64,000 nucleotides of DNA, taken from positions 11,594,001-11,658,000 of the forward strand of contig OZ024760.1 in NCBI GenBank assembly GCA_964016885.1, read 5' to 3'. This stretch comes from Eledone cirrhosa. Its lineage: Eukaryota. Below the pieces are notes generated by a model. The model did no database searches and was not told the origin of the DNA. It saw nothing but the letters and a program-made list of their open reading frames with translations. The translations under genes were made by a program, and so were the position numbers. This document shows positions 24,059 to 36,102 of this stretch, piece by piece (the first letter of the stretch is position 1; each line of letters opens with the position of its first letter).

Positions 24059-26530
24059 TATTTTATATTTTACGTTATATTTTGACGTTTATATGCATTT
24101 TCGTCGGCCCTGCATACAAGCTTCCATCATTTCATCTTCACAAGGTTTAATACAGACGATGGGAGAGACACAAATTATTTCTGTGAAATAAAATAGAGAA
24201 AACTCAACATTGAATGGATTTGAACCTAAACCCTGAGGTTTGCTGTGAATAACTAGTAATTACTTCTACTCTGGAGAAATGTTGAATTGATCTGTTAAAC
24301 ACAGAGGATAGCGATCCTACGTAGATGTACAAGTACACGCTCTCGGAGACGTGTGTGTGTGTGTGTGTGTGTGATCATGTGCGAGTCGGTGGGAATGTGT
24401 GTGTATATATATATATATAGATAGAGAGAGAGAGAGATAGAGAGAGAGAGAGGCAGACAGACATACACATACACACATACACTCACATACATACACACAA
24501 ATACATACATACATACATACATACATACATACATACATACATACATACAACCTAATATATTTATCTCTCTTCACGCATCAAAATAATTACTAAGTGACTA
24601 TTAAGGTGATATTTACACACACAGACAGATACACACAGAGGCACACAGAGGCACACATACAGCGACACACACACACACACACAAACACACACGCGCACAC
24701 AAGGACACATACACACACAGTTACACGGTGACACAAACAGGCACACACACAGTGACACACACAGCGACACACACACAGCAACACACACACAGCAACACAT
24801 ACACATACACATACACACACAGACGCTCAACATTTAACGAACGTCTTCAGCAGACGATGGAGTCACGTAGCAATAGTTGTTGAATGTCATTGGTTTAACA
24901 AATGTTTCGGCCGAAATCTAGTTATGGCGTGGCTAAAGCGATAATCGCCGCCATTTTCAACGGAGCAGACGATAACAACAACAGCGACAATAGCAACAAT
25001 AACAACAGCGACTATAGCAACAATAACAACAGTGACAATAGCAACAATAACAACAGCAATAACGACAATAACAACGACCACGAGAACAGCAATAACGACA
25101 ATAGCAACAATATCAACAGTAATAATGATAATAACAACAATAACGAGAATAACAACAGCCACAAGAACAGCAACAACGACAACAACAGCAATAGCAACAA
25201 TAACAACAATAACAACAGCAAGACAACAACAGCGACAACAACAATAACGACGGCAACAGCGACAACAACAATAACGACACTAACAACACCAACACTACCA
25301 ACACCACCAACACCACCACCAATACCAACACCACCAACACCACTACCAACACCACCAACACCACCTCCACTAACACTACCACCAACACACCACCAACACC
25401 AACATACTACCAACACCACCACCGGCACCAACACCACTACCAACACACTACCACCAACAACTACAACACCACCAACACTACCAACACACCACCACCAACA
25501 ACTACAACACCACCAACACTACCAACACACCACCAACAACACCACCACCACCACCACCAACAACAACAACACCACCAACACCACCACCACCACCAACACA
25601 CCACCACCACCATCACCAACACTACCAACACCACCAACACCACCACGAATACCAACACCACCAACACCACTACCAACACCACCACCACCAACACCACCTC
25701 CACTAACACTACCACCAACACACCACCAACACCAACATACTACCAACACCACCACCGGCACCAACACCACTACCAACACACCACCACCAACAACTACAAC
25801 ACCACCAACAACTACAACACCACCAACACTACCAACACACCACCAACAACACCACCACCACCAACAACAACAACAACACCACCAACACCACCACCAACAC
25901 ACCACTACCACCATCACCAACACCACCACCAACACACCACCACCACCACCACCACCAACACACCACCACCAACACTACCAACACCACCACCACCACCACC
26001 AACACACCACCACCACCACCACCAACACACCACCACCACCACCACCAACACTACCAACACCACCACCACCAACACACCACCACCACCACCACCACCTCCA
26101 ACACACCACCACCGCCACCACCAACACTACCAACACCACCACCACCAACACACCACCACCACCACCACCACCACCAACACACCACCACCGCCACCACCAA
26201 CACTACCAACACCACCACCAACACACCACCACCACCACCACCACCTCCAAGAAGTAACTGGTTTATTTATGGGAAGATTTTCAGAGTTTCTCTCCGAAAT
26301 GTCAACAATATTCTGGATGCAACTAATTCTAGACGAGAGATGGCGGTAGACCAGACAATAAAGTTGTGGCTGACAGATTGACAGTAGAGGGATACACGTG
26401 CTTGTGGAAACTTTCACTGTCTATAGTCATTGTGTAGGCTGACTATGAAGGAGTGATGCTAGAGCTGTGAAATTTTATGTGAAGAAGTTGTGGCTAGAAG
26501 AATGACAATATCAGAGAGGGATACACGGTG

Positions 26531-29500
26531 TCACAGTGTACCAACCCAGCTCCGTGGTACCACAGTGTACCAACCCAGCTCCGTGGTACCACAGTGTACC
26601 AGCCTAGCTCCGTGGTACCACAGTGTACCAGCCTAGCTCCGCGGTACCACAGTGTACCAACCCAGCTCCGTGGTACCACAGTGTACCAACCTAGCTCCGT
26701 GGTACCACAGTGTACCAGCCTAGCTCTGCGGTACCACAGTGTACCAGCCTAGCTCCGTGGTACCACAGTGTACCAACCCAGCTCCACAGTACCACAGTGT
26801 ACCAACCCAGCTCCGTGGTACCAGTGTACCAACCTAGCTCCGTGGTACCACAGTGTACCAGCCCAGCTCCGTGGTACCACAGTGTACCAACCCAGCTCCG
26901 TGGTACCACAGTGTACCAGCCTAGCTCCGTGGTACCACAGTGTACCAGCCTAGCTCTGCGGTACCACAGTGTACCAGCCTAGCTCCGTGGTACCACAGTG
27001 TACCAACCCAGCTCCACAGTACCACAGTGTACCAACCCAGCTCCGTGGTACCAGTGTACCAACCTAGCTCCGTGGTACCACAGTGTACCAGCCCAGCTCC
27101 GTGGTACCACAGTGTACCAACCCAGCTCCGTGGTACCACAGTGTACCAGCCTAGCTCCGTGGTACCACAGTGTACCAGCCTAGCTCCGTGGTACCACAGT
27201 GTACCATCCTAGCTCCGTGGTACCACAGTGTACCAACCCAGCTCCGTGGTACCACAGTGTACCAGCCTAGCTCCGTGGTACCACAGTGTACCAACCCAGC
27301 TCCGTGGTACCACAGTGTACCAGCCTAGCTCCGTGGTACCACAGTGTACCAACCCAGCTCCGTGGTACCACAGTGTACCAACCCAGCTCCGTGGTACCAC
27401 AGTGTACCAGCCTAGCTCCGTGGTACCACAGTGTACCAGCCTAGCTCCGTGGTACCACAGTGTACCAGCCTAGCTCCGTGGTACCACAGTGTACCAACCC
27501 AGCTCCGTGGTACCACAGTGTACCAACCCAGCTCCGTGGTACCACAGTGTACCAACCCAGCTCCGTGGTACCACAGTGTACCAGCCCAGCTCCGTGGTAC
27601 CACAGTGTACCAGCCTAGCTCCGTGGTACCACAGTGTACCAACCCAGCTCCGTGGTACCAGTGTACCAGCCTAGCTCTGCGGTACCACAGTGTACCAGCC
27701 CAGCTCCGCGGTACCACAGTGTACCAGCCCAGCTCCGTGGTACCACAGTGTACCAACCTAGCTCCGTGGTACCACAGTGTACCAGCCCAGCTCCACAGTA
27801 CCACAGTGTACCAACCCAGCTCCGTGGTACCACAGTGTACCAGCCTATCTCCGTGGTACCACAGTGTACCAACCTAGCTCCGTGGTACCACAGTGTACCA
27901 ACCCAGCTCCGTGGTACCACAGTGTACCAACCCAGCTCCGTGGTACCACAGTGTACCAACCCAGCTCCGTGGTACCACAGTGTACCAGCCTAGCTCCGTG
28001 GTACCACAGTGTACCAACCCAGCTCCGTGGTACCACAGTGTACCAGCCTAGCTCCGTGGTACCACAGTGTACCAGCCTAGCTCCGTGGTACCACAGTGTA
28101 CCAACCCAGCTCCGTGGTACCACAGTGTACCAACCCAGCTCCGTGGTACCACAGTGTACCAACCCAGCTCCGTGGTACCACAGTGTACCAACCCAGCTCC
28201 GTGGTACCACAGTGTACCAACCCAGCTCCGTGGTACCACAGTGTACCAGCCTAGCTCCACAGTACCACAGTGTACCAACCCAGCTCCGTGGTACCACAGT
28301 GTACCAACCCAGCTCCGTGGTACCACAGTGTACCAACCCAGCTCCACAGTACCACAGTGTACCAGCCTAGCTCCGTGGTACCACAGTGTACCAACCCAGC
28401 TCCGTGGTACCACAGTGTACCAGCCTAGCTCCACAGTACCACAGTGTACCAACCCAGCTCCGTGGTACCACAGTGTACCAACCCAGCTCCGTGGTACCAC
28501 AGTGTACCAACCCAGCTCCACAGTACCACAGTGTACCAACCCAGCTCCGTGGTACCACAGTGTACCAGCCTAGCTCCACAGTACCACAGTGTACCAACCC
28601 AGCTCCGTGGTACCACAGTGTACCAACCCAGCTCCACAGTACCACAGTGTACCAACCCAGCTCCGTGGTACCACAGTGTACCAACCCAGCTCCGTGGTAC
28701 CACAGTGTACCAACCTAGCTCCGTGGTACCACAGTGTACCAACCCAGCTCCGTGGTACCACAGTGTACCAACCCAGCTCCGTGGTACCACAGTGTACCAA
28801 CCCAGCTCCGTGGTACCACAGTGTACCAACCTAGCTCCGTGGTACCACAGTGTACCAACCTAGCTCCGTGGTACCACAGTGTACCAACCCAGCTCCGTGG
28901 TACCACAGTGTACCAACCCAGCTCTGCGGTACCACAGTGTACCAGCCTAGCTCCGTGGTACCACAGTGTACCAACCCAGCTCCGTGGTACCACAGTGTAC
29001 CAGCCCAGCTCCGTGGTACCACAGTGTACCAACCCAGCTCCGTGGTACCACAGTGTACCAACCCAGCTCCGTGGTACCACAGTGTACCAACCCAGCTCCG
29101 TGGTACCACAGTGTACCAACCCAGCTCTGCGGTACCACAGTGTACCAGCCTAGCTCCGTGGTACCACAGTGTACCAACCCAGCTCCGTGGTACCACAGTG
29201 TACCAACCCAGCTCCGTGGTACCACAGTGTACCAACCCAGCTCTGCGGTACCACAGTGTACCAGCCTAGCTCCGTGGTACCACAGTGTACCAACCCAGCT
29301 CCGTGGTACCACAGTGTACCAACCCAGCTCTGCGGTACCACAGTGTACCAACCCAGCTCCGTGGTACCACAGTGTACCAACCCAACTCCGTGGTACCACA
29401 GTGTACCAACCCAGCTCTGCGGTACCACAGTGTACCAGCCTAGCTCCGTGGTACCACAGTGTACCAACCCAGCTCCACAGTACCACAGTGTACCAACCCA

Positions 29501-29710
29501 GCTCCGTGGTACCACAGTGTACCAACCTAGCTCCGTGGTACCACAGTGTACCAACCTAGCTCCGTGGTACCACAGTGTACCAGCCTAGCTCTGCGGTACC
29601 ACAGTGTACCAGCCCAGCTCCGTGGTACCACAGTGTACCAGCCCAGCTCTGCGGTACCACAGTGTACCAGCCTAGCTCCGTGGTACCACAGTGTACCAAC
29701 CCAGCTCCGC
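26531..29710. repeat. 29-bp satellite, about 110 copies
   Basis: Unit cacagtgtaccaacccagctccgtggtac with a few recurrent variants. Confidence 0.97.
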
Positions 29711-30004
29711 AGTGTGTGTGTGGGGGGGGGGGGGGTAACATACAATAGTAGTATCTCCTCTTCCCTCTCTCTCACTGAAACGTCTTCTCTTTCCTCCTCC
29801 ATTGCATAGCTGTCCCCGGGGGGTTCCATTATTGATTTTTATTGAAATCCAATTATATTGAATATTAGCTTAACATGTGTGTAAAGTTTCATCAGGATCT
29901 GATCACTGGTGTAGGCGCAACTGGTTATACACAGATACACAGACAGACATTACCATTTAAATAGTATACACACACACACACACACACAATTCCGAGCTAG
30001 TTTC

Positions 30005-33000
30005 TTTTCATTACAAATAGAAAGGATTAATGACATAGACAATGTCTTTCATTAGAAATATGGTAATGAAAGGGTTAATGACATAGACAGTGTCTTTCAT
30101 TAGAAATATGGTAATGAAAGGGTTAATGACATAGACAGTGTCTTTCATTAGAAATATGGTAATGAAAGGGTTAATGACATAGACAGTGTCTTTCATTAGA
30201 AATATGGTAATGAAAGGGTTAATGACATAGACAGTGTCTTTCATTAGAAATATGGTAATGAAAGGGTTAATGACATAGACAGTGTCTTTCATTAGAAATA
30301 TGGTAATGAAACGGTTAATGACATAGACAGTGTCTTTCATTAGAAATATGGTAATGAAAGGGTTAATGACAGACAGTGTCTTTCATTAGAAATATGGTAA
30401 TGAAAGGGTTAATGACAGACAGCGTCTTTCATTAGAAATATGGTAATGAAAGGGTTAATGACAGACAGTGTCTTTCATTAGAAATATGATAATGAAAGGG
30501 TTAATGACAGACAGTGTCTTTCATTAGAAATATGGTAATGAAACGGTTAATGACAGACAGTGTCTTTCATTAGAAATATGGTAATGAAAGGGTTAATGAC
30601 ATAGACAGTGTCTTTCATTAGAAATATGGTAATGAAAGGGTTAATGACAGACAGTGTCTTTCATTAGAAATATGGTAATGAAAGGGTTAATGACATAGAC
30701 AGTGTCTTTCATTAGAAATATGGTAATAAAAGGGTTAATGACAGACAGTGTCTTTCATTAGAAATATGGTAATGAAAGGGTTAATGACAGACAGTGTCTT
30801 TCATTAGAAATATGGTAATGAAAGGGTTAATGACAGACAGTGTCTTTCATTAGAAATATGGTAATGAAAGGGTTAATGACAGACAGTGTCTTTCATTAGA
30901 AATATGGTAATGAAACGGTTAATGACAGACAGTGTCTTTCATTAGAAATATGGTAATGAAAGGGTTAATGACAGACAGTGTCTTACATTAGAAATATGGT
31001 AATGAAAGGGTTAATGACAGACAGTGTCTTACATTAGAAATATGGTAATGAAAGGGTTAATGACAGACAGTGTCTTTCATTAGAAATATGGTAATGAAAG
31101 GGTTAATGACATAGACAATGTCTTTCATTAGAAATATGGTAATGAAAGGGTTAATGACAGACAGTGTCTTTCATTAGAAATATGGTAATGAAAGGGTTAA
31201 TGACAGACAGTGTCTTTCATTAGAAATATGGTAATGAAACGGTTAATGACAGACAGTGTCTTTCATTAGAAATATGGTAATGAAAGGGTTAATGACAGAC
31301 AGTGTCTTTCATTAGAAATATGGTAATGAAAGGGTTAATGACATAGACAGTGTCTTTCATTAGAAATATGGTAATGAAACGGTTAATGACAGACAGTGTC
31401 TTTCATTAGAAATATGGTAATGAAAGGGTTAATGATATAGACAGTGTCTTTCATTAGAAATATGGTAATGAAAGGGTTAATGACATAGACAGTGTCTTTC
31501 ATTAGAAATATGGTAATGAAAGGGTTAATGACAGACAGTGTCTTTCATTAGATATATGGTAATGAAAGGGTTAATGACATAGACAGTGTCTTTCATTAGA
31601 AATATGGTAATGAAACGGTTAATGACAGACAGTGTCTTTCATTAGAAATATGGTAATGAAAGGGTTAATGACATAGACAGTGTCTTTCTTTAGAAATATG
31701 GTAATGAAAGGGTTAATGACAGACAGTGTCTTTCATTAGAAATATGGTAATGAAAGGGTTAATGACATAGACAGTGTCTTTCTTTAGAAATATGGTAATG
31801 AAAGGGTTAATGACAGACAGTGTCTTTCATTAGAAATATGGTAATGAAAGGGTTAATGACATAGACAGTGTCTTTCATTAGAAATATGGTAATGAAACGG
31901 TTAATGACAGACAGTGTCTTTCATTAGAAATATGGTAATGAAAGGGTTAATGACATAGACAGTGTCTTTCTTTAGAAATATGGTAATGAAAGGGTTAATG
32001 ACAGACAGTGTCTTTCATTAGAAATATGGTAATGAAAGGGTTAATGACATAGACAGTGTCTTTCTTTAGAAATATGGTAATGAAAGGGTTAATGACAGAC
32101 AGTGTCTTTCATTAGAAATATGGTAATGAAAGGGTTAATGACATAGACAGTGTCTTTCTTTAGAAATATGGTAATGAAAGGGTTAATGACAGACAGTGTC
32201 TTTCATTAGAAATATGGTAATGAAAGGGTTAATGACATAGACAGTGTCTTTCATTAGAAATATGGTAATGAAACGGTTAATGACAGACAGTGTCTTTCAT
32301 TAGAAATATGGTAATGAAAGGGTTAATGACAGACAGTGTCTTTCATTAGAAATATGATAATGAAAGGGTTAATGACAGACAGTGTCTTTCATTAGAAATA
32401 TGGTAATGAAACGGTTAATGACAGACAGTGTCTTTCATTAGAAATATGGTAATGAAAGGGTTAATGACATAGACAGTGTCTTTCATTAGAAATATGGTAA
32501 TGAAAGGGTTAATGACAGACAGTGTCTTTCATTAGAAATATGGTAATGAAAGGGTTAATGACATAGACAGTGTCTTTCATTAGAAATATGGTAATGAAAC
32601 GGTTAATGACAGACAGTGTCTTTCATTAGAAATATGGTAATGAAAGGGTTAATGACATAGACAGTGTCTTTCATTAGAAATATGGTAATGAAACGGTTAA
32701 TGACAGACAGTGTCTTTCATTAGAAATATGGTAATGAAAGGGTTAATGACATAGACAGTGTCTTTCATTAGAAATATGGTAATGAAACGGTTAATGACAG
32801 ACAGTGTCTTTCATTAGAAATATGGTAATGAAAGGGTTAATGACAGAGAGTGTCTTTCATTAGAAATATGATAATGAAAGGGTTAATGACAGACAGTGTC
32901 TTTCATTAGAAATATGGTAATGAAACGGTTAATGACATAGACAGTGTCTTTCATTAGAAATATGGTAATGAAAGGGTTAATGACATAGACAGTGTCTTTC

Positions 33001-34192
33001 TTTAGAAATATGGTAATGAAAGGGTTAATGACAGACAGTGTCTTTCATTAGAAATATGATAATGAAAGGGTTAATGACAGACAGTGTCTTTCATTAGAAA
33101 TATGGTAATGAAACGGTTAATGACAGACAGTGTCTTTCATTAGAAATATGGTAATGAAAGGGTTAATGACATAGACAGTGTCTTTCATTAGAAATATGGT
33201 AATGAAACGGTTAATGACAGACAGTGTCTTTCATTAGAAATATGGTAATGAAAGGGTTAATGACAGACAGTGTCTTTCATTAGAAATATGATAATGAAAG
33301 GGTTAATGACAGACAGTGTCTTTCATTAGAAATATGGTAATGAAACGGTTAATGACAGACAGTGTCTTTCATTAGAAATATGGTAATGAAACGGTTAATG
33401 ACAGACAGTGTCTTTCATTAGAAATATGGTAATGAAAGGGTTAATGACATAGACAGTGTCTTTCATTAGAAATATGATAATGAAAGGGTTAATGACAGAC
33501 AGTGTCTTTCATTAGAAATATGGTAATGAAACGGTTAATGACAGACAGTGTCTTTCATTAGAAATATGGTAATGAAAGGGTTAATGACATAGACAGTGTC
33601 TTTCATTAGAAATATGGTAATGAAACGGTTAATGACAGACAGTGTCTTTCATTAGAAATATGGTAATGAAAGGGTTAATGACAGACAGTGTCTTTCATTA
33701 GAAATATGATAATGAAAGGGTTAATGACAGACAGTGTCTTTCATTAGAAATATGGTAATGAAACGGTTAATGACAGACAGTGTCTTTCATTAGAAATATG
33801 GTAATGAAAGGGTTAATGACATAGACAGTGTCTTTCTTTAGAAATATGGTAATGAAAGGGTTAATGACAGACAGTGTCTTTCATTAGAAATATGGTAATG
33901 AAAGGGTTAATGACAGACAGTGTCTTTCATTAGAAATATGGTAATGAAAGGGTTAATGACATAGGCAGTGTCTTTCATTAGAAATATGGTAATGAAAGGG
34001 TTAATGACAGACAGTGTCTTTCATTAGAAATATGGTAATGAAAGGGTTAATGACATAGACAGTGTCTTTCATTAGAAATATGGTAATGAAAGGGTTAATG
34101 ACAGACAGTGTCTTTCATTAGAAATATGGTAATGAAAGGGTTAATGACATAGACAGTGTCTTTCATTAGAAATATGGTAATGAAAGGGTTTT
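30005..34192. repeat. 46/48-bp satellite, about 89 copies
   Basis: Unit tgac(at)agacagtgtctttcattagaaatatggtaatgaaagggttaa. Confidence 0.97.
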
Positions 34193-35442
34193 AAACAGCT
34201 GAGAAAAAGTCAATAGATTTTAATGTTTATTTCATTATATTTTTTTTTTTTTTTTACATGGATTTAAATAAATTAAAAAATTAAAAAAAAGGGTTTTGTT
34301 TTTTACTTGTCTTGTGGAGGAAATTGGGGGTTTGTTTGGGCCACTCTGGGTCACTGTTTGGTTCCTTGTTATATAATGGGCTCTGAACTCCTTGTGGGTT
34401 CGTAGGGGCGCCCTCCTCACATTTAAACATGGTGGATCCCACCCCTGTCCAGATCTGAACGTAGATTTCTTCCAGTAGAAAAGAGAGGGGTGAGGGGAAA
34501 ACAGTTAGAGGGAGGGGGGCATATAGCGTAGAGGGGGGACAAATAAAGAGAGGGAGACAGATAGAGAGAGAGGGGGGGATAGATAGAGAGGACAGATAGA
34601 GAGAGTGGAAGAGATAGAGAGTGGATGAGATAGAGAGAGGGACAGATAGAGAGAGAGGGGATAGATAGAGAGGAGACAGATAGAGAGAGAGGGGGAGATA
34701 GATAGAGGACAGATAGAGAGAGAGAGGGACAGATAGAGAGGGGGGACAGATAGAGAGAGTGGATGAGATAGAGAGACAGAGGGACAGATAGAGAGAGAGG
34801 AGACAGATAGACAGAGAGGGGATAGATAGAGAGGAGACAGATGGAAGGAAAGGTAGAGGAAGAATCGATCACAGTACTTTATCGACCTCGAGAAGAACAT
34901 GAAAGTCAAATTTGACTTGAGAGAGAGAGAGAGAGCAGAATACCACAAAACATTCTAGCCGGTGCTCTACCGACTCTGCCACTTCACCACTTATGGGAGA
35001 GATAGACATTTCTATAATCTGGGGAAACGGGTGGAGAATAATTGTCAGGAAAAAAACCAATACACTCCATGTGGAAATAATTGTACTTCACATGTAAAGA
35101 CGGGATAGAAATGATGAGAGCGATGACACACAAGGAAAGGAACTAGAAATTATGGTTGATTCCTTTACCAGGGGAAAAGATATTACAAAAAATAAATTTA
35201 CAAAATAAAATTAGAAATTGAGTTTAGAAATTGTAGCTTTGGGTTTCTGTGTTGTTTTTTGTTGGAGTTTTTTTGTTATTTTGTTATTTTTGGTAAATAA
35301 TAAAGAAAAGCAAAAAAATCTTCCTACCTTTTCGTTTAATCTTTTCTTTTTAACACAAATTTCTTAGTATTTAGTCCTCTCCTATCGTCAATATATGCTT
35401 GAGAGTTCTACCTGTTTAATCTCTGGCCAGTAAAGCCAAGAC

Positions 35443-35480
<38 letters not shown>

Positions 35481-35557
35481 CAGGGGCTAATAAATATTGC
35501 TTGTACAGGTAATCAAAGTGTGTATATATTTTGGTGGGCACACCGTGTGTGTGTATG

Positions 35558-35597
<40 letters not shown>

Positions 35598-35902
35598 CCA
35601 GACTTCAAACTACAGGCATGTCAACTCAACAAAGACGAGTTAGAAAAATGGACCACCACTAGCGCTCCGGCTTGCATAAGCCCTATACTTCTGGTAAACC
35701 GGCACCGTCTCCCTCCCCCAACACTCACTTAAGTTTAAAACTAAAATTTACATAACTTTATTGAAAATTAACCAAAAGTTAGAAGCTTCCACGGACGTAT
35801 CTATATATATATATATGTGTTATTCCGGGTTGAATCGGAGGTAACCACAGCAAGTAAGGTACTCAATACATAGAGTATAAAAGTTTTAATATAGAAGAGC
35901 TT

Positions 35903-35946
35903 CTACAGGACTAGAACTGTTTCATTCGTGAGAAATCATCAGGTTT
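35903..35946 (-). ncRNA. Hammerhead core in a fold-back palindrome (5' strand of stem I lost)
   Basis: Minus strand: CTGATGA-tttc[tcac]gaat-GAAAC-agttcta-GTC-ctgtag. Confidence 0.55.
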
Positions 35947-35981
35947 TCACGGATGAAACGGTTCTAGTCCTGTAGAAGCTC

Positions 35982-36012
<31 letters not shown>

Positions 36013-36067
36013 TATATTACTATAAAAAGTAATCTAACAATTTGGACATAAAAGCCTCTATTTTTAG

Positions 36068-36102
<35 letters not shown>

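Noticed and set aside
23698-24150. Host protein-coding gene (150-aa ORF)
   Set aside because: The sequence is the C-terminal region of a LINE ORF2 with a simple-repeat tail, inserted within a MITE.
8-26257. Numerous long ORFs rich in YI/VC/HT/ER/TTP/NNN
   Set aside because: They are translations of di- and tri-nucleotide microsatellites with no complex sequence.
26531-29710. CRISPR-like array or repeat protein (YQPSSVVPQCT...)
   Set aside because: Head-to-tail 29-bp units with no unique spacers and no cas genes. The unit length is not a multiple of 3, and ORFs appear in all frames.
29885-29900. tcatcag (CTGATGA on the minus strand) as a hammerhead
   Set aside because: It overlaps directly with gaaac, leaving no stem II, and sits in a Helitron-like end sequence.
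30011-30340. ORF of MKDTVYVINPFITIFL repeats
   Set aside because: Artefact of a run of 48-bp satellite units; it breaks where 46-bp units begin.
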